This document shows, piece by piece, positions 10,946-20,595 of a stretch of 64,000 nt of DNA (position 1 is the stretch's first letter; the number at the start of each line of letters is the position of its first letter). A model generated the notes under the pieces. The model made no database searches, was not told where the DNA came from, and saw nothing but the letters and a program-made list of their open reading frames with translations. Where the stretch lies: IMG/VR virus record IMGVR_UViG_3300032006_002011, positions 13,604 through 77,603 of that record; one strand, 5' to 3'. The position numbers were made by a program, and so were the translations under genes. The DNA comes from a virus.

Positions 10946-11533
10946 CTATGTTCCCATAAAAGGAAAACTCTCCCTCGGTAAATCGTTAGATAATTTCTCA
11001 GTAGAAGTTAATGGCAAAAATGGAAAGACCTCAGAAAAATCTGATGGGGAATTTCCTTCACCCGCTGCTATCCGTTGAGTTATGATTATATCCCGTGACG
11101 CATTGAATGTCTGCACCGCATCTTCCTTGAACCGCACAGACTTGTCAATTTCTTCATCCAACTTTTCGCTCAACTCATCAATTTGAGATTGAAGTAGTTT
11201 CTGCTCATCTATATTTTCCTCAACCTCGTCAAGCACATCCAAGAGTTCACTAGTCTGAGTCGGATCTTCTGTCCCATCTCCTTGTGCGTCTGGGAACTCT
11301 GAAATTGACGTATCATAAAATGTCTCTATCTGTTGTGGGATTTGTTTTCTTTTTTGTGTTGGTACTCCAATCAAATAATCACCCACATTAGAACCCTCAG
11401 CGGGATCTCCAAATTTAACAATTAAATTATTCATGGCATCCCGTTGATTATTAAACTTTCCCGACTTCAACGATTCATCAAGTTCACTTTGATTAAACTC
11501 ATGTGCTTCTATATATTCAGGTAACTTATACAT
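10946..11533 (-). CDS. Hypothetical acidic coiled-coil protein in the baseplate cluster
   Basis: 195-aa ORF tightly packed between baseplate genes. Confidence 0.7.
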   Translation of the reverse strand: MYKLPEYIEAHEFNQSELDESLKSGKFNNQRDAMNNLIVKFGDPAEGSNVGDYLIGVPTQKRKQIPQQIETFYDTSISEFPDAQGDGTEDPTQTSELLDVLDEVEENIDEQKLLQSQIDELSEKLDEEIDKSVRFKEDAVQTFNASRDIIITQRIAAGEGNSPSDFSEVFPFLPLTSTEKLSNDLPRESFPFMGT

Positions 11534-11537
11534 CTTA

Positions 11538-13064
11538 TTATGACCTCACAATAAATCTTCGTTTATCTTCATGCACCACATCACCCTCATCAGATTCCAC
11601 TAGTATTAAAAACTTATATATTCTACCCACAGGGAGACAAGTGAAATCAAAATTAAAATAATGGCCAGACGCGTCGCAACTTATACGACTATATTCGTCA
11701 AAATCAACAATTACCTCATCTGTCTCCGCATCCCTGACCGAATATTTCATGGTGTGCAATGTATAGTTATTCAAATCATAAGATGACTTTGATGAGAATG
11801 TTTTGGTTGGGTGCTTTGTCCGAACCCCCACCGAAATCCTTTGTCTTGATAAAGTTCTGTATTCCTTCTTTACCCTCTTTATGTGCGGGACAATATCTTC
11901 ATCAACCTGATTAAGATTTGGTTCTAACTCGACTACCTCAATACTATACGGTGGTACGTCTTTCTCACTTACGGAACTAAGACAATTTGTAATAACCACC
12001 CCAAGTAAAGCATCTGTTGTATCATTATCTGTGGTGGTAATCTCGGTAATGGTTCCCGAAACAAGACTGCCCGATTCTAGGGTACCCGAAAATAAATTAT
12101 GTGGGTCTAGTGTGTCAAATGATAAACTACCCGATTCAATAGTACCCGAAAACAGACTTCCCAGTTCAATAGTACCCGAAAACAGACTTCCCGATTCAAT
12201 GGTACCAGAAAACAGACTTCCCGATTCAATGGTACCAGAAAACAGACTTCCCGATTCAATGGTTCCCGACTCGGGGCACATGTGGTGACTTGGAGTTGGT
12301 GTCGGCAACGTAACCTTACCAACTGCGGGAGTTGGGCATACCAACTTTCTAACTTTTCTTTTTTGGCATGGATTAAAAAAGTAATCATCATAGGAAACTT
12401 GCAAATATGGATAATAAATTGTATTAGTATCACTAGAATAAAACTTTACATTCCCACTATCTTCCTCCGATTCTTGAGAAAACTTTATTATTACTCCATA
12501 ATTAGGAATGCTTCCTTCCAACCAATAATTTACTATTTTCGTAATATCAACCTTAACATCCGAGAAATTCTTAACAAATTGAAACGAACAATCAATGTCT
12601 GTCGGTGCGGTGGATATATCAAGACACAATTCCTTGTCATACCAACCTCCTCCACCAGTAGAATCTCTATGTGAGCCCTGTTCCCACATGGTATCCTCAC
12701 CATCCGTGTACTTCCAGTTTGCACCAGGACTAAAATACTTTGCATCCGAGGAAGGGACGAATCTTCCATTTCCCTCCACCCAAGGTTTGGTTAAAGGATA
12801 CACATTTATCTTATCCAGTGGCATCAACTCTGAAGAAGTCATCAACCGCAGATTCAACACATACTTTGCTGAAGTTAGTTTCTCCTTAACAGAGTTTATT
12901 CCCGACAAATCAAACTGCATGAGTATTCGTGACAGATCATGACCGACTGCTTCATCATGGATATTTGACAATTCAATAACTTCGTCCGAACCTGCATTAA
13001 GCAATCTGTGTTTTTTCAGCTTATACAATGTAGTGTCTTTTGATGGATAAAGAAAAAAGTTCAT
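11538..13064 (-). CDS. Virion structural protein with DNRLRE-like beta-sandwich domain and internal repeats
   Basis: KDTTLY..., SRILMQFDLS, DITKIVNYW...NYGVIIK, FYSSDT...PYLQV pattern; start overlaps the gp6 stop. Confidence 0.6.
   Translation of the reverse strand: MNFFLYPSKDTTLYKLKKHRLLNAGSDEVIELSNIHDEAVGHDLSRILMQFDLSGINSVKEKLTSAKYVLNLRLMTSSELMPLDKINVYPLTKPWVEGNGRFVPSSDAKYFSPGANWKYTDGEDTMWEQGSHRDSTGGGGWYDKELCLDISTAPTDIDCSFQFVKNFSDVKVDITKIVNYWLEGSIPNYGVIIKFSQESEEDSGNVKFYSSDTNTIYYPYLQVSYDDYFFNPCQKRKVRKLVCPTPAVGKVTLPTPTPSHHMCPESGTIESGSLFSGTIESGSLFSGTIESGSLFSGTIELGSLFSGTIESGSLSFDTLDPHNLFSGTLESGSLVSGTITEITTTDNDTTDALLGVVITNCLSSVSEKDVPPYSIEVVELEPNLNQVDEDIVPHIKRVKKEYRTLSRQRISVGVRTKHPTKTFSSKSSYDLNNYTLHTMKYSVRDAETDEVIVDFDEYSRISCDASGHYFNFDFTCLPVGRIYKFLILVESDEGDVVHEDKRRFIVRS
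12045..12272 (-). repeat. 30-nt tandem repeat encoding ESGSLFSGTI (about 7 units, some degenerate)
   Basis: Near-identical units aacagacttcccgattcaatggtaccagaa on the + strand. Confidence 0.9.
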
Positions 13065-15025
13065 TACACAACCCTCCCCACAATATCTCTTCCTGGAAAC
13101 TTCAATTCAAAAATTGAAGGGTCCATTGAAGGATAAAGAATCTTATTGATTGTTGCTCCGTTGATGTCATATTCGTTTTCAGAATAATCTCCATCTTTAA
13201 CAGTTAAGTTCTTAATATCAAGACGAGAAATTGACTTAACTCCAGCAACCTTAGAAAGTTCAAGTTCTAAATTTCCCAATTCAACTGGTTGTGATATTTG
13301 CCACTTGTCTATGTTGAAAAAGTTCCTTACGGAATCAATAGCAGAATATAGAACTTCCTTCTTGTTATAGTTATGAAATACTGAAATCTCAAACTCCACT
13401 CCAATGTTTATTATGAATGCACTCGTTATATTCAGGCCGTCTGTTACGAGTCTATACTGAGATAAGTATGTGCTCAAATTCTCCAGTACCAACTTGTTTG
13501 GGTTTACCAACTTCTTCTCTGCATTATAACTCAATATATATAAATTTACTGCGAACGGATTGTTAATCTCCCCATAAACCGTATTCATCCCGTTTGGAAT
13601 CACCTCGTCATCCAACTCACCCGTGGACTTTAGTATATCCAACTGAGACTTAGTGTCTAAAATGCCATCCTTGGTAACAAATGCCTTGGCAACACTCCCA
13701 AACCTAGTTGGCATTGAATATGATCGTATCACATAATCATCTCTCGTTACTGCTCGATTTTGTGAAGAAAAACTGGCAAGGCCTTTTATTCGTATTTCAT
13801 CAATACTTTCCTCGTCACGACCCCCAAGTGCAGGTTCTGGATTATTGACCGTAACACTGCCCTTAATAGTTTCTAAGATATTTTGTTCAGTCGTACTTAA
13901 ATATTGATCAGTATCATTAAACTCAATGGTGCTTATGTTATTTAAAGTATTGGACTTAACATTTGAACTTAACCCACCACCCGCATAATAATTAACGGTT
14001 AGTGTGGTGTTTGATGGGGATTCTCCATACGAGTCTGTCTTTAAAAAATTTGCAGGATCATAAGGCACATCAAAATTTTTATTTGAGCCAACTGCACGTC
14101 CTATGCTATCAAGTGAAGGTATTATGAGTTCTTCGTCTAACCTATCTGTTCCTTGGCCAAATTCCAATGTAGTTGTATTGTCGGAATTCACCAAAGTCGT
14201 AAATCTCTTTGATGTCTTCAGATACCTCATAATGTATGGTACCAGATTTGCATATTTCGATGTATGTGGGCTAAACTTATCAGAGTTTGGTTCTTCCACC
14301 AAAACCGTATCTTGTGATAAGTATGGAACTTCATGCCACTTGTTTCCCATTGAATCCGTGACCGACTCGATTTCCAAAACATTGGAATCTGGAATCTCTA
14401 TTTCAAAAAACTCCTCGGGTTCACCGACCACCACATTTAGTGTCTTAGCTTCACCGGCCGAGGCTTTAATTTTCTTCCTTAACAGATAAAATGTAGGTTG
14501 GCCGTTGGCATCGCGTTGGAACACATTAATATCGGTTGGATTCCGAGGGTCTGTTTCAGAAAAATTAACACTATCAACTGTTCGGAATACTACACTTGTA
14601 TCACTTGCCGCCAATATTTCCATACCCGGTCTAATATTAAGTGCAAACTTCATATCAGGAACATTTCTGCCATCTTCACCCACCTTCGATGGAACTAGTT
14701 GCATAATATCCAAGTCGGTGGTGGCGGCCGTTGATGGTCTTGGTTTATACCCAAGATAGTTCGCAAGCGTTACAACGTTGTTTCGTTCCGATGCATATTG
14801 TATAAAGCCTTCCTTGAACTGATAGTCAATATAATATGAAAGTACATCACCGACATAACTTGCCAATTCAATAAACATCATACCCGTTGAGTTCTCACTA
14901 AAATCCTTATACGTACCTGGGTAGTAGGATTTTACATACTCAACCAAATTGCGTTTAAAACTATTAAAGTCCTTGCTTAAATAGTTTATGTCTTTTCCCG
15001 AAGTTAATTGTGAATAGTCATCCAT
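13064..15025 (-). CDS. Baseplate wedge subunit (T4 gp6-like / baseplate J)
   Basis: YLSKDFNSFK...DFSENSTGMMFIELASYVGDVLSYY, LEFGQG, GGRDEESIDEIR, QNRAVTRDDY. Confidence 0.9.
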   Translation of the reverse strand: MDDYSQLTSGKDINYLSKDFNSFKRNLVEYVKSYYPGTYKDFSENSTGMMFIELASYVGDVLSYYIDYQFKEGFIQYASERNNVVTLANYLGYKPRPSTAATTDLDIMQLVPSKVGEDGRNVPDMKFALNIRPGMEILAASDTSVVFRTVDSVNFSETDPRNPTDINVFQRDANGQPTFYLLRKKIKASAGEAKTLNVVVGEPEEFFEIEIPDSNVLEIESVTDSMGNKWHEVPYLSQDTVLVEEPNSDKFSPHTSKYANLVPYIMRYLKTSKRFTTLVNSDNTTTLEFGQGTDRLDEELIIPSLDSIGRAVGSNKNFDVPYDPANFLKTDSYGESPSNTTLTVNYYAGGGLSSNVKSNTLNNISTIEFNDTDQYLSTTEQNILETIKGSVTVNNPEPALGGRDEESIDEIRIKGLASFSSQNRAVTRDDYVIRSYSMPTRFGSVAKAFVTKDGILDTKSQLDILKSTGELDDEVIPNGMNTVYGEINNPFAVNLYILSYNAEKKLVNPNKLVLENLSTYLSQYRLVTDGLNITSAFIINIGVEFEISVFHNYNKKEVLYSAIDSVRNFFNIDKWQISQPVELGNLELELSKVAGVKSISRLDIKNLTVKDGDYSENEYDINGATINKILYPSMDPSIFELKFPGRDIVGRVV

Positions 15026-15028
15026 GTG

Positions 15029-15424
15029 TTATACCTCCACCTTTATTTCAATTTCTTGTTCCGACTCTGGTATGTTGTTTACACTAAATGTAATGTTTAG
15101 GGTGGCCACATAAGGATTATTTTCCAGGTCGCGAGTAGTGACTACACCCAATATGTCTACTTCAGACATCCATGTTTCAGCTGCATCTTTTACCGCATCT
15201 TCAAATAACTCGTCCACATAATCGGGGGTGTTGGGGTTGAACAACAACGCACGTAGGTCACTTCCGTAGGTCGGCATCATTGGTCTTTCACCCTTTGCAG
15301 TCATAAGCAAAAATGCAAGATTTGTTCTTGCACGTTCCAGCATAGAGTAAGTTTGGGCAAAGAACCCATCTCCTTCTCCTCTTGAATATGGTATTGTAAT
15401 ACCTACTGGAACTTCATTTGCCAA
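15029..15424 (-). CDS. Baseplate wedge subunit gp25/GPW-like
   Basis: LLMTAKGERPMMPTYGSDLRALLF signature; directly upstream of gp6. Confidence 0.9.
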   Translation of the reverse strand: MANEVPVGITIPYSRGEGDGFFAQTYSMLERARTNLAFLLMTAKGERPMMPTYGSDLRALLFNPNTPDYVDELFEDAVKDAAETWMSEVDILGVVTTRDLENNPYVATLNITFSVNNIPESEQEIEIKVEV

Positions 15425-15426
15425 AA

Positions 15427-15861
15427 TTAACTACCTCCTTTTTTCTTGTCCACCAAATTAAGCAACTCGGAATAATCACGTGTTAGTGCATTGGAAACAT
15501 GATCTGGTAACGCATCTACATCAACCTCCTGACCCTGAAAGTCTGTAACTTGTTCTGTTGGTTGCTCCACACCACTTACCATAGAACCTTCTTGTGGCAC
15601 TCCACCCACGGTTGCGTTTAGTGCTTCGTTCAAAGCTGCATTTCGTGTAAACTGAACCGTTGGTGTTTTCTTTGGTGTTCTTACCATTTTCTTGGGGGAA
15701 TCCTCTAAAACTTTTTTAGTTAGTTCCACGGGATCCGCCGTCTGCGTTTTCACAGACTTAAGACATTTATTTACACTTTCTGTAACCAATTTGGGTAAAT
15801 AATCCTTTAGTTCTGCTCTGACCGCAATCCTAATTACTTCTATTAACTCACTTTTTTTCAT
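15427..15861 (-). CDS. Hypothetical virion-associated protein
   Basis: 144 aa, MKKSELIEVIRIAVRAEL N-terminus; AGAAAGG RBS and TATTTATA element upstream. Confidence 0.7.
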   Translation of the reverse strand: MKKSELIEVIRIAVRAELKDYLPKLVTESVNKCLKSVKTQTADPVELTKKVLEDSPKKMVRTPKKTPTVQFTRNAALNEALNATVGGVPQEGSMVSGVEQPTEQVTDFQGQEVDVDALPDHVSNALTRDYSELLNLVDKKKGGS

Positions 15862-15876
15862 TGTTTAATAACCTTT

Positions 15877-18800
15877 CTAACCAGCTATAAATACTCTGGT
15901 ACTTAATAATGTTGGCAATCTTGCCCGTAAACCTGCTAATTGTCCTTGTTGAGCGGGACTTGAGGTGGTAATATATGGGTCGTGGTGAACATGGCCACTC
16001 AACCAACCACACAAACTGCCTAACCATGCAGTTGCTACATCTCCTTTCAAAACGGGATGCCTTCTTGTTATATATTCTCCGAGGTGAATTGTGGGTGATA
16101 CCACAGATGTATGTGTAGCCGTTACAGTTACAAGTCTCTTTACGCAATTTAAAGTCATTTCATCATCGGTGGTCATACCAAACTTGCCCTTTCCATAAAA
16201 CGCAAGTTCTTTGGTTTTTGCTGATACGATAATTCTCTCAGAATTCAATATTATCTGATTTCCGTCAAGTTGGGGAAGTTGCTTTCCGAACATAATATTG
16301 CCACCGTCTTGTTCTTCCTCAACTTTTTTTTCAACCGCATCCATTTTTTTATTGAACTCATTATCCTTTTTCTTCTTTGCCTCATTGATATCATCATTAA
16401 CCTGTTTTGTATCTTTCAAAGAATTCAAATCTTCTGGGTGGAGAAGTGAGACTGCATTCATGTCCGCATTTTCCAAATGAGTCCCAACCAAATCACCTTT
16501 TGAAATTTCCTCTCCGTTATGGAAATTCTTTACAGTGTCAGGATTTTGAGGAACTTGCCCCGAGTCGGTTGTCGTGGTTGCGGGAGGAGTTGGGGATGGA
16601 CTTGCAAGTTCAGTAGATGGTGTTGGTGTTGGAGATGCGGGTGACGATGGTGTGGTTGTGGACGAGGGTGCAGATGAAGATTGGTCTGAGTCGGTTAATG
16701 TTGAGGTTGTTGTGACAGCTGTGGTGGAAGTTGTTGACGCCGTTCCCGTATATTGAATTCCCCCTGTATTTGTCGTATCATAGGATATTGTTCCCATGTT
16801 TGGTGTTACGGGTGTGTCTAATGATTCTGCGGTTGGTGTGGGTGGGGTTTCTCTGTATAAACCCGAGATGGGATCAAACGACATGGTTGCAACCTGAGAA
16901 GAGCCTTTATTCAAAGACAACGAAGTTTGTCCGAACATTCCAGCAGCTGCTTTCAGAGCCGAACCATCTCCTATTAAAGATTTATACTGCATATCAAAGT
17001 CTGGGTTACCTCTTGCATAAGCATCGTAATTGCCATCTTGCATCAGTTTATTTCCGGCAAACATAGTTAGTTCTTTTGGATTAAGTGCCTTGGTTGCTTC
17101 ACTTTTAAAAGTATCCGCAAGACTTGAACCATACTCAATTTGATTTACCCAGTCACACAAATCAAACAACAAATTATTCAAATCAAACCCAAGAAGTGAA
17201 CCGATGTTGAATTTAAGATCACGGAGTCTTGCGAAAATCGCCGCAAGGATGGCAAGCAATTCCAAGTTTATTCCAATTGACAACAACCACCCGAGTTCGT
17301 CCTCGGTTCTTGAACCGTGCTTCTTATCCTTTAGACCTGCACAAATAGAACGGAGTCCAAAAGATGCCAACTTAAAAACCTTAAACATTGGACTATCACT
17401 TGGTGTCATTCCCATCGCAGATGCTCCTGGTATATCGATGCCAAGAGAATTTGCAGCGGAAATTGCAGGACCCGACTTTGATGACATCAGTGAGTCCTTT
17501 CCAGCCTTGGTACCCGATTTAATAGAACTAACTATACCCGTTTCAAATGTAGGGTTTAATGTAAATGCACCGCGGCCTACGTCGGCCATGAACTCTGCTT
17601 TGGGTGACTTAGTTCCAACCGAAGCAGCGATTCCCATACTTGACGAACCACCACTCGCAGAATTGGCCTTCAGGGCATCTGACGATGGGCCCGTGTCTAT
17701 GTATTTAGCGGCCCGGTTGGCCGACATACCATCGAATCGTTTACCAACTGCTTGACCATTGTCAGAACCAAGGGCTGCACTGAAACTTGATGTCATTGAC
17801 CCACCCAAATCGGAGTTCGCTGCAAACTTGGCAGCTGCTATCTGCGGTCCGTATGCTGTTTCTGCGTATGTCTTTCCCGCCTTTACCGCAAGATCACCCG
17901 TAACTTTTGCAGTATCAAGTGCAGGTTCTGCAATGTCCTTAATGCCCTTTGACCCCACATCAGACTTAGCAAGATTTGAAAGACCATCCAATCCACCTTT
18001 TTTCTTTTTCTTCGGTTTTGGTTTGGGTCCTACTAATGTATGCTTAAACTTTGAAATTGTTTTTCCAGACGTAATATGAATAGACGAACCATCTTTGTTT
18101 ATGTCTTCAAGAATAGTGTGTTGAAATATTTTTTCATTGTCTTTGTCTTTTGTGTCGGGTCCTGGAATTTTTAGAGGGCGTTGGCGATTTCTAATTAATA
18201 TCATGGGGTTTCCACGATTAGCATCGTAGTTTTCTCCATGCCCTTCCGCAGTTCCTATATCAAATTTAGGGTTGTCCTCATAACAACCAAACCTAACACT
18301 TGAACCAAACCTACTCTCCAATACAGTATCTCCCTCAAAGTGTTTGAGGGGGCGTATCCAGGAGTTGGCCTTGAAATATCGTCCCAAATAACTTGCAATT
18401 GAATTACACTCTTTGCTAATATTTGACTTATTCTTAGCATTTTTTAACGCAGGACTTTTTAACTTAGTAATAGGAGTTGATCCTGAAAACTTGGGCTCCC
18501 ACCTATAATCCCCTGAATGATTTATAAAATTTCGTGAATTGATTTTTCTATGATAATACCAACCATCTAGATATTTTACAACCACCACCATTTCATTGAC
18601 AAGTGGCCATTCCTTGTAGGTACTATCCATAGGAATCATCCAAGTAAGTTCTGACCAAGGGGTTTGGGCCTGACTATGTATTGGTCTTGCTTTTATTCTA
18701 CCTATAAACGAGTAATCTGGTTTAGTGGAGTCATTCCACCCTTCTGGCCATTCCGTCTCTACTATTTTCGGTTCTTTCCCACCTTCTTTGAAAATGGGGT

Positions 18801-18957
18801 GGTTTTCATCTTGTATGACATCCAAAACAACGGCCGCCTCAAGCTCATAAAACATAACCGTGTCGGGGGTTTCTAATTTTAACCCACGCAAGGTGGCCAA
18901 CGCGTTAGTTGACAATTCCTTTTTTACGGACTTTTTAGTATAAGTGCTATATGCCAT
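15877..18957 (-). CDS. Baseplate hub / central spike (gp5/gpV-like) with a long low-complexity middle
   Basis: N-terminal OB-like region (WPLVNEMV, FEGDTVLESRFGSSVRF); C-terminal beta-repeat (GNQIILNSERIIVSAK) and HVHH tip motif; upstream of gp25. Confidence 0.7.
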   Translation of the reverse strand: MAYSTYTKKSVKKELSTNALATLRGLKLETPDTVMFYELEAAVVLDVIQDENHPIFKEGGKEPKIVETEWPEGWNDSTKPDYSFIGRIKARPIHSQAQTPWSELTWMIPMDSTYKEWPLVNEMVVVVKYLDGWYYHRKINSRNFINHSGDYRWEPKFSGSTPITKLKSPALKNAKNKSNISKECNSIASYLGRYFKANSWIRPLKHFEGDTVLESRFGSSVRFGCYEDNPKFDIGTAEGHGENYDANRGNPMILIRNRQRPLKIPGPDTKDKDNEKIFQHTILEDINKDGSSIHITSGKTISKFKHTLVGPKPKPKKKKKGGLDGLSNLAKSDVGSKGIKDIAEPALDTAKVTGDLAVKAGKTYAETAYGPQIAAAKFAANSDLGGSMTSSFSAALGSDNGQAVGKRFDGMSANRAAKYIDTGPSSDALKANSASGGSSSMGIAASVGTKSPKAEFMADVGRGAFTLNPTFETGIVSSIKSGTKAGKDSLMSSKSGPAISAANSLGIDIPGASAMGMTPSDSPMFKVFKLASFGLRSICAGLKDKKHGSRTEDELGWLLSIGINLELLAILAAIFARLRDLKFNIGSLLGFDLNNLLFDLCDWVNQIEYGSSLADTFKSEATKALNPKELTMFAGNKLMQDGNYDAYARGNPDFDMQYKSLIGDGSALKAAAGMFGQTSLSLNKGSSQVATMSFDPISGLYRETPPTPTAESLDTPVTPNMGTISYDTTNTGGIQYTGTASTTSTTAVTTTSTLTDSDQSSSAPSSTTTPSSPASPTPTPSTELASPSPTPPATTTTDSGQVPQNPDTVKNFHNGEEISKGDLVGTHLENADMNAVSLLHPEDLNSLKDTKQVNDDINEAKKKKDNEFNKKMDAVEKKVEEEQDGGNIMFGKQLPQLDGNQIILNSERIIVSAKTKELAFYGKGKFGMTTDDEMTLNCVKRLVTVTATHTSVVSPTIHLGEYITRRHPVLKGDVATAWLGSLCGWLSGHVHHDPYITTSSPAQQGQLAGLRARLPTLLSTRVFIAG

Positions 18958-19372
18958 CAGAACTCTCGACTTCGTCCGTTTTTTCTTTGAGGGACTTGAG
19001 TTCTTCCGTTATTTTCTGTTCTTCTTCGACCGTTTCCGACAACTCGTCCCTCACAGTATCAAGTAGTGAGGCCTTTTCAGCCTCCGATAACCCACCCGAT
19101 GAAAAATCCGACTCTGAAGAAGAACCCGAGTTAATAACTCTCTGCAATACTGCGGATAACTTGATTAGTTGATCATCGTTTTTAACCCCCACATCAAGAT
19201 AATCTTTTATCATAGGAGCAACCACAGTTGCCGAGCCCACGTCTTTAACCATCGTGTGCAAATCCTTGATGATTTGATTTATTTGGTCTCTCTTATGCGA
19301 AGAATTGCTATAAATATCACGGGCAAGTGATGAAAAAGTTTTTCCTTCAAATATTTCAGGGTCGGAATCCAT
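18947..19372 (-). CDS. Hypothetical helical protein
   Basis: 141-aa ORF preceded by TATATTTAT. Confidence 0.7.
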   Translation of the reverse strand: MDSDPEIFEGKTFSSLARDIYSNSSHKRDQINQIIKDLHTMVKDVGSATVVAPMIKDYLDVGVKNDDQLIKLSAVLQRVINSGSSSESDFSSGGLSEAEKASLLDTVRDELSETVEEEQKITEELKSLKEKTDEVESSDGI

Positions 19373-19412
19373 AAAACATAAATATAAATGTATATATGTT
19401 TTTTACAATAAC

Positions 19413-20279
19413 TCAGTCTAAATCTATCCTACCTTGGTCAATATATTTCCTATGCAAAGCAAATTGTGTTTCCTTCATCTTATTAACGACCTTGGTTATA
19501 TTTTGAGTTTTGCAATCAGTCATTTCACGTATATACAAATACAATGCCTTTTTATTGAAATTTTCAATTGAATCGCAGTTTCTGAATATCTCCACTACGG
19601 CAGCTGCGATTCTTAATTCTTGTGGTTTCTTAAAAAACTTTTCGAGGTTTTCGTCCCAGTACCCTATCATCAGTTTTATAAATTCACTTAACTCTTTCTT
19701 TTTAATTTCCGACTTTGGACTTACAGTTAATTCTTTTTGTTCATATACAATTTCGTCATCGTCCACACTTGTATGTCGTTTAAACTTCTTATAGTTTCCG
19801 TTATTATATAAAATTAAAAAGTTTTTTGCTATAATACTAAAATACGAAAAGGCCTTTCCGTTTTCTTGTTTATATTTGTGAATATTACTTACCAAATTAC
19901 TAACAGTTTCCCGCTGAACATCTTCATGACTACATTGAAAATAAGAAAACTTAAAAGTATTTAGTATGTTCTCTGCAAGTTTGTCGAACGGATAACTTAT
20001 TGACTCGTTATATATTTTATTTCGTTTTATAGTACACTCTGTCGAGTTATACAACACAATTGCATCTTCGGTTTCTTGAGTAAAATATAACTTTTTCTTT
20101 GTCTTGGAACGCCTGCGCCTTCTTTTTTTAGGGGCTGGTTGTTTATCTACCTCGACCTTAACATTAGAAACTTTCTTCTTAGTAGTTGCCTTCTTCTTGG
20201 AAGCTGCTTTAGTAGTTGCAGCCTTCTTAGAAGTTGCTTTAGTAGTTGCCTTCTTCTTGGCAGTTGCCTTTGCTTTCAT
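19413..20279 (-). CDS. Late-transcription sigma factor (gp55-like) with a histone H1-like Lys/Ala/Thr N-terminal tail
   Basis: LYFTQETEDAI...KLAENI...KY...GKAFSYFSIIAKN sigma region-2-like pattern; N-terminal KKKATTKA repeats. Confidence 0.6.
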   Translation of the reverse strand: MKAKATAKKKATTKATSKKAATTKAASKKKATTKKKVSNVKVEVDKQPAPKKRRRRRSKTKKKLYFTQETEDAIVLYNSTECTIKRNKIYNESISYPFDKLAENILNTFKFSYFQCSHEDVQRETVSNLVSNIHKYKQENGKAFSYFSIIAKNFLILYNNGNYKKFKRHTSVDDDEIVYEQKELTVSPKSEIKKKELSEFIKLMIGYWDENLEKFFKKPQELRIAAAVVEIFRNCDSIENFNKKALYLYIREMTDCKTQNITKVVNKMKETQFALHRKYIDQGRIDLD

Positions 20280-20551
20280 ATTTCGTCCTCATTAATTTTA
20301 CTATCTAAATCCAGTATTATATCTCGTATACCAGAATATACCACACCCACCTCATCATCACTCTCAAATAACTCCTTTGAGTCAATGTCCTTAATATCAT
20401 TACTCAGTTTAGTTACCGAGTCTCTGGTTTCCAGTATCCACTGCTCATATACACCATTTTTAATATATAAATTTCTTATAATATATATTAATAGAGGTAT
20501 AATAATTACCCAAGAAACTGCCAACGCAATTATATAATACGTTTCATACAT
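20276..20551 (-). CDS. Small single-TM membrane protein
   Basis: Hydrophobic N-terminus followed by a coiled coil; stop overlaps the sigma gene start. Confidence 0.65.
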   Translation of the reverse strand: MYETYYIIALAVSWVIIIPLLIYIIRNLYIKNGVYEQWILETRDSVTKLSNDIKDIDSKELFESDDEVGVVYSGIRDIILDLDSKINEDEI

Positions 20552-20595
20552 AGGCACTGTATATTATATATATATTTATTTGTCAACAAAATAAA

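Noticed and set aside
12045-12272. 30-nt repeats as a CRISPR array
   Set aside because: Head-to-tail units with no spacers, in frame within a CDS, and no cas genes
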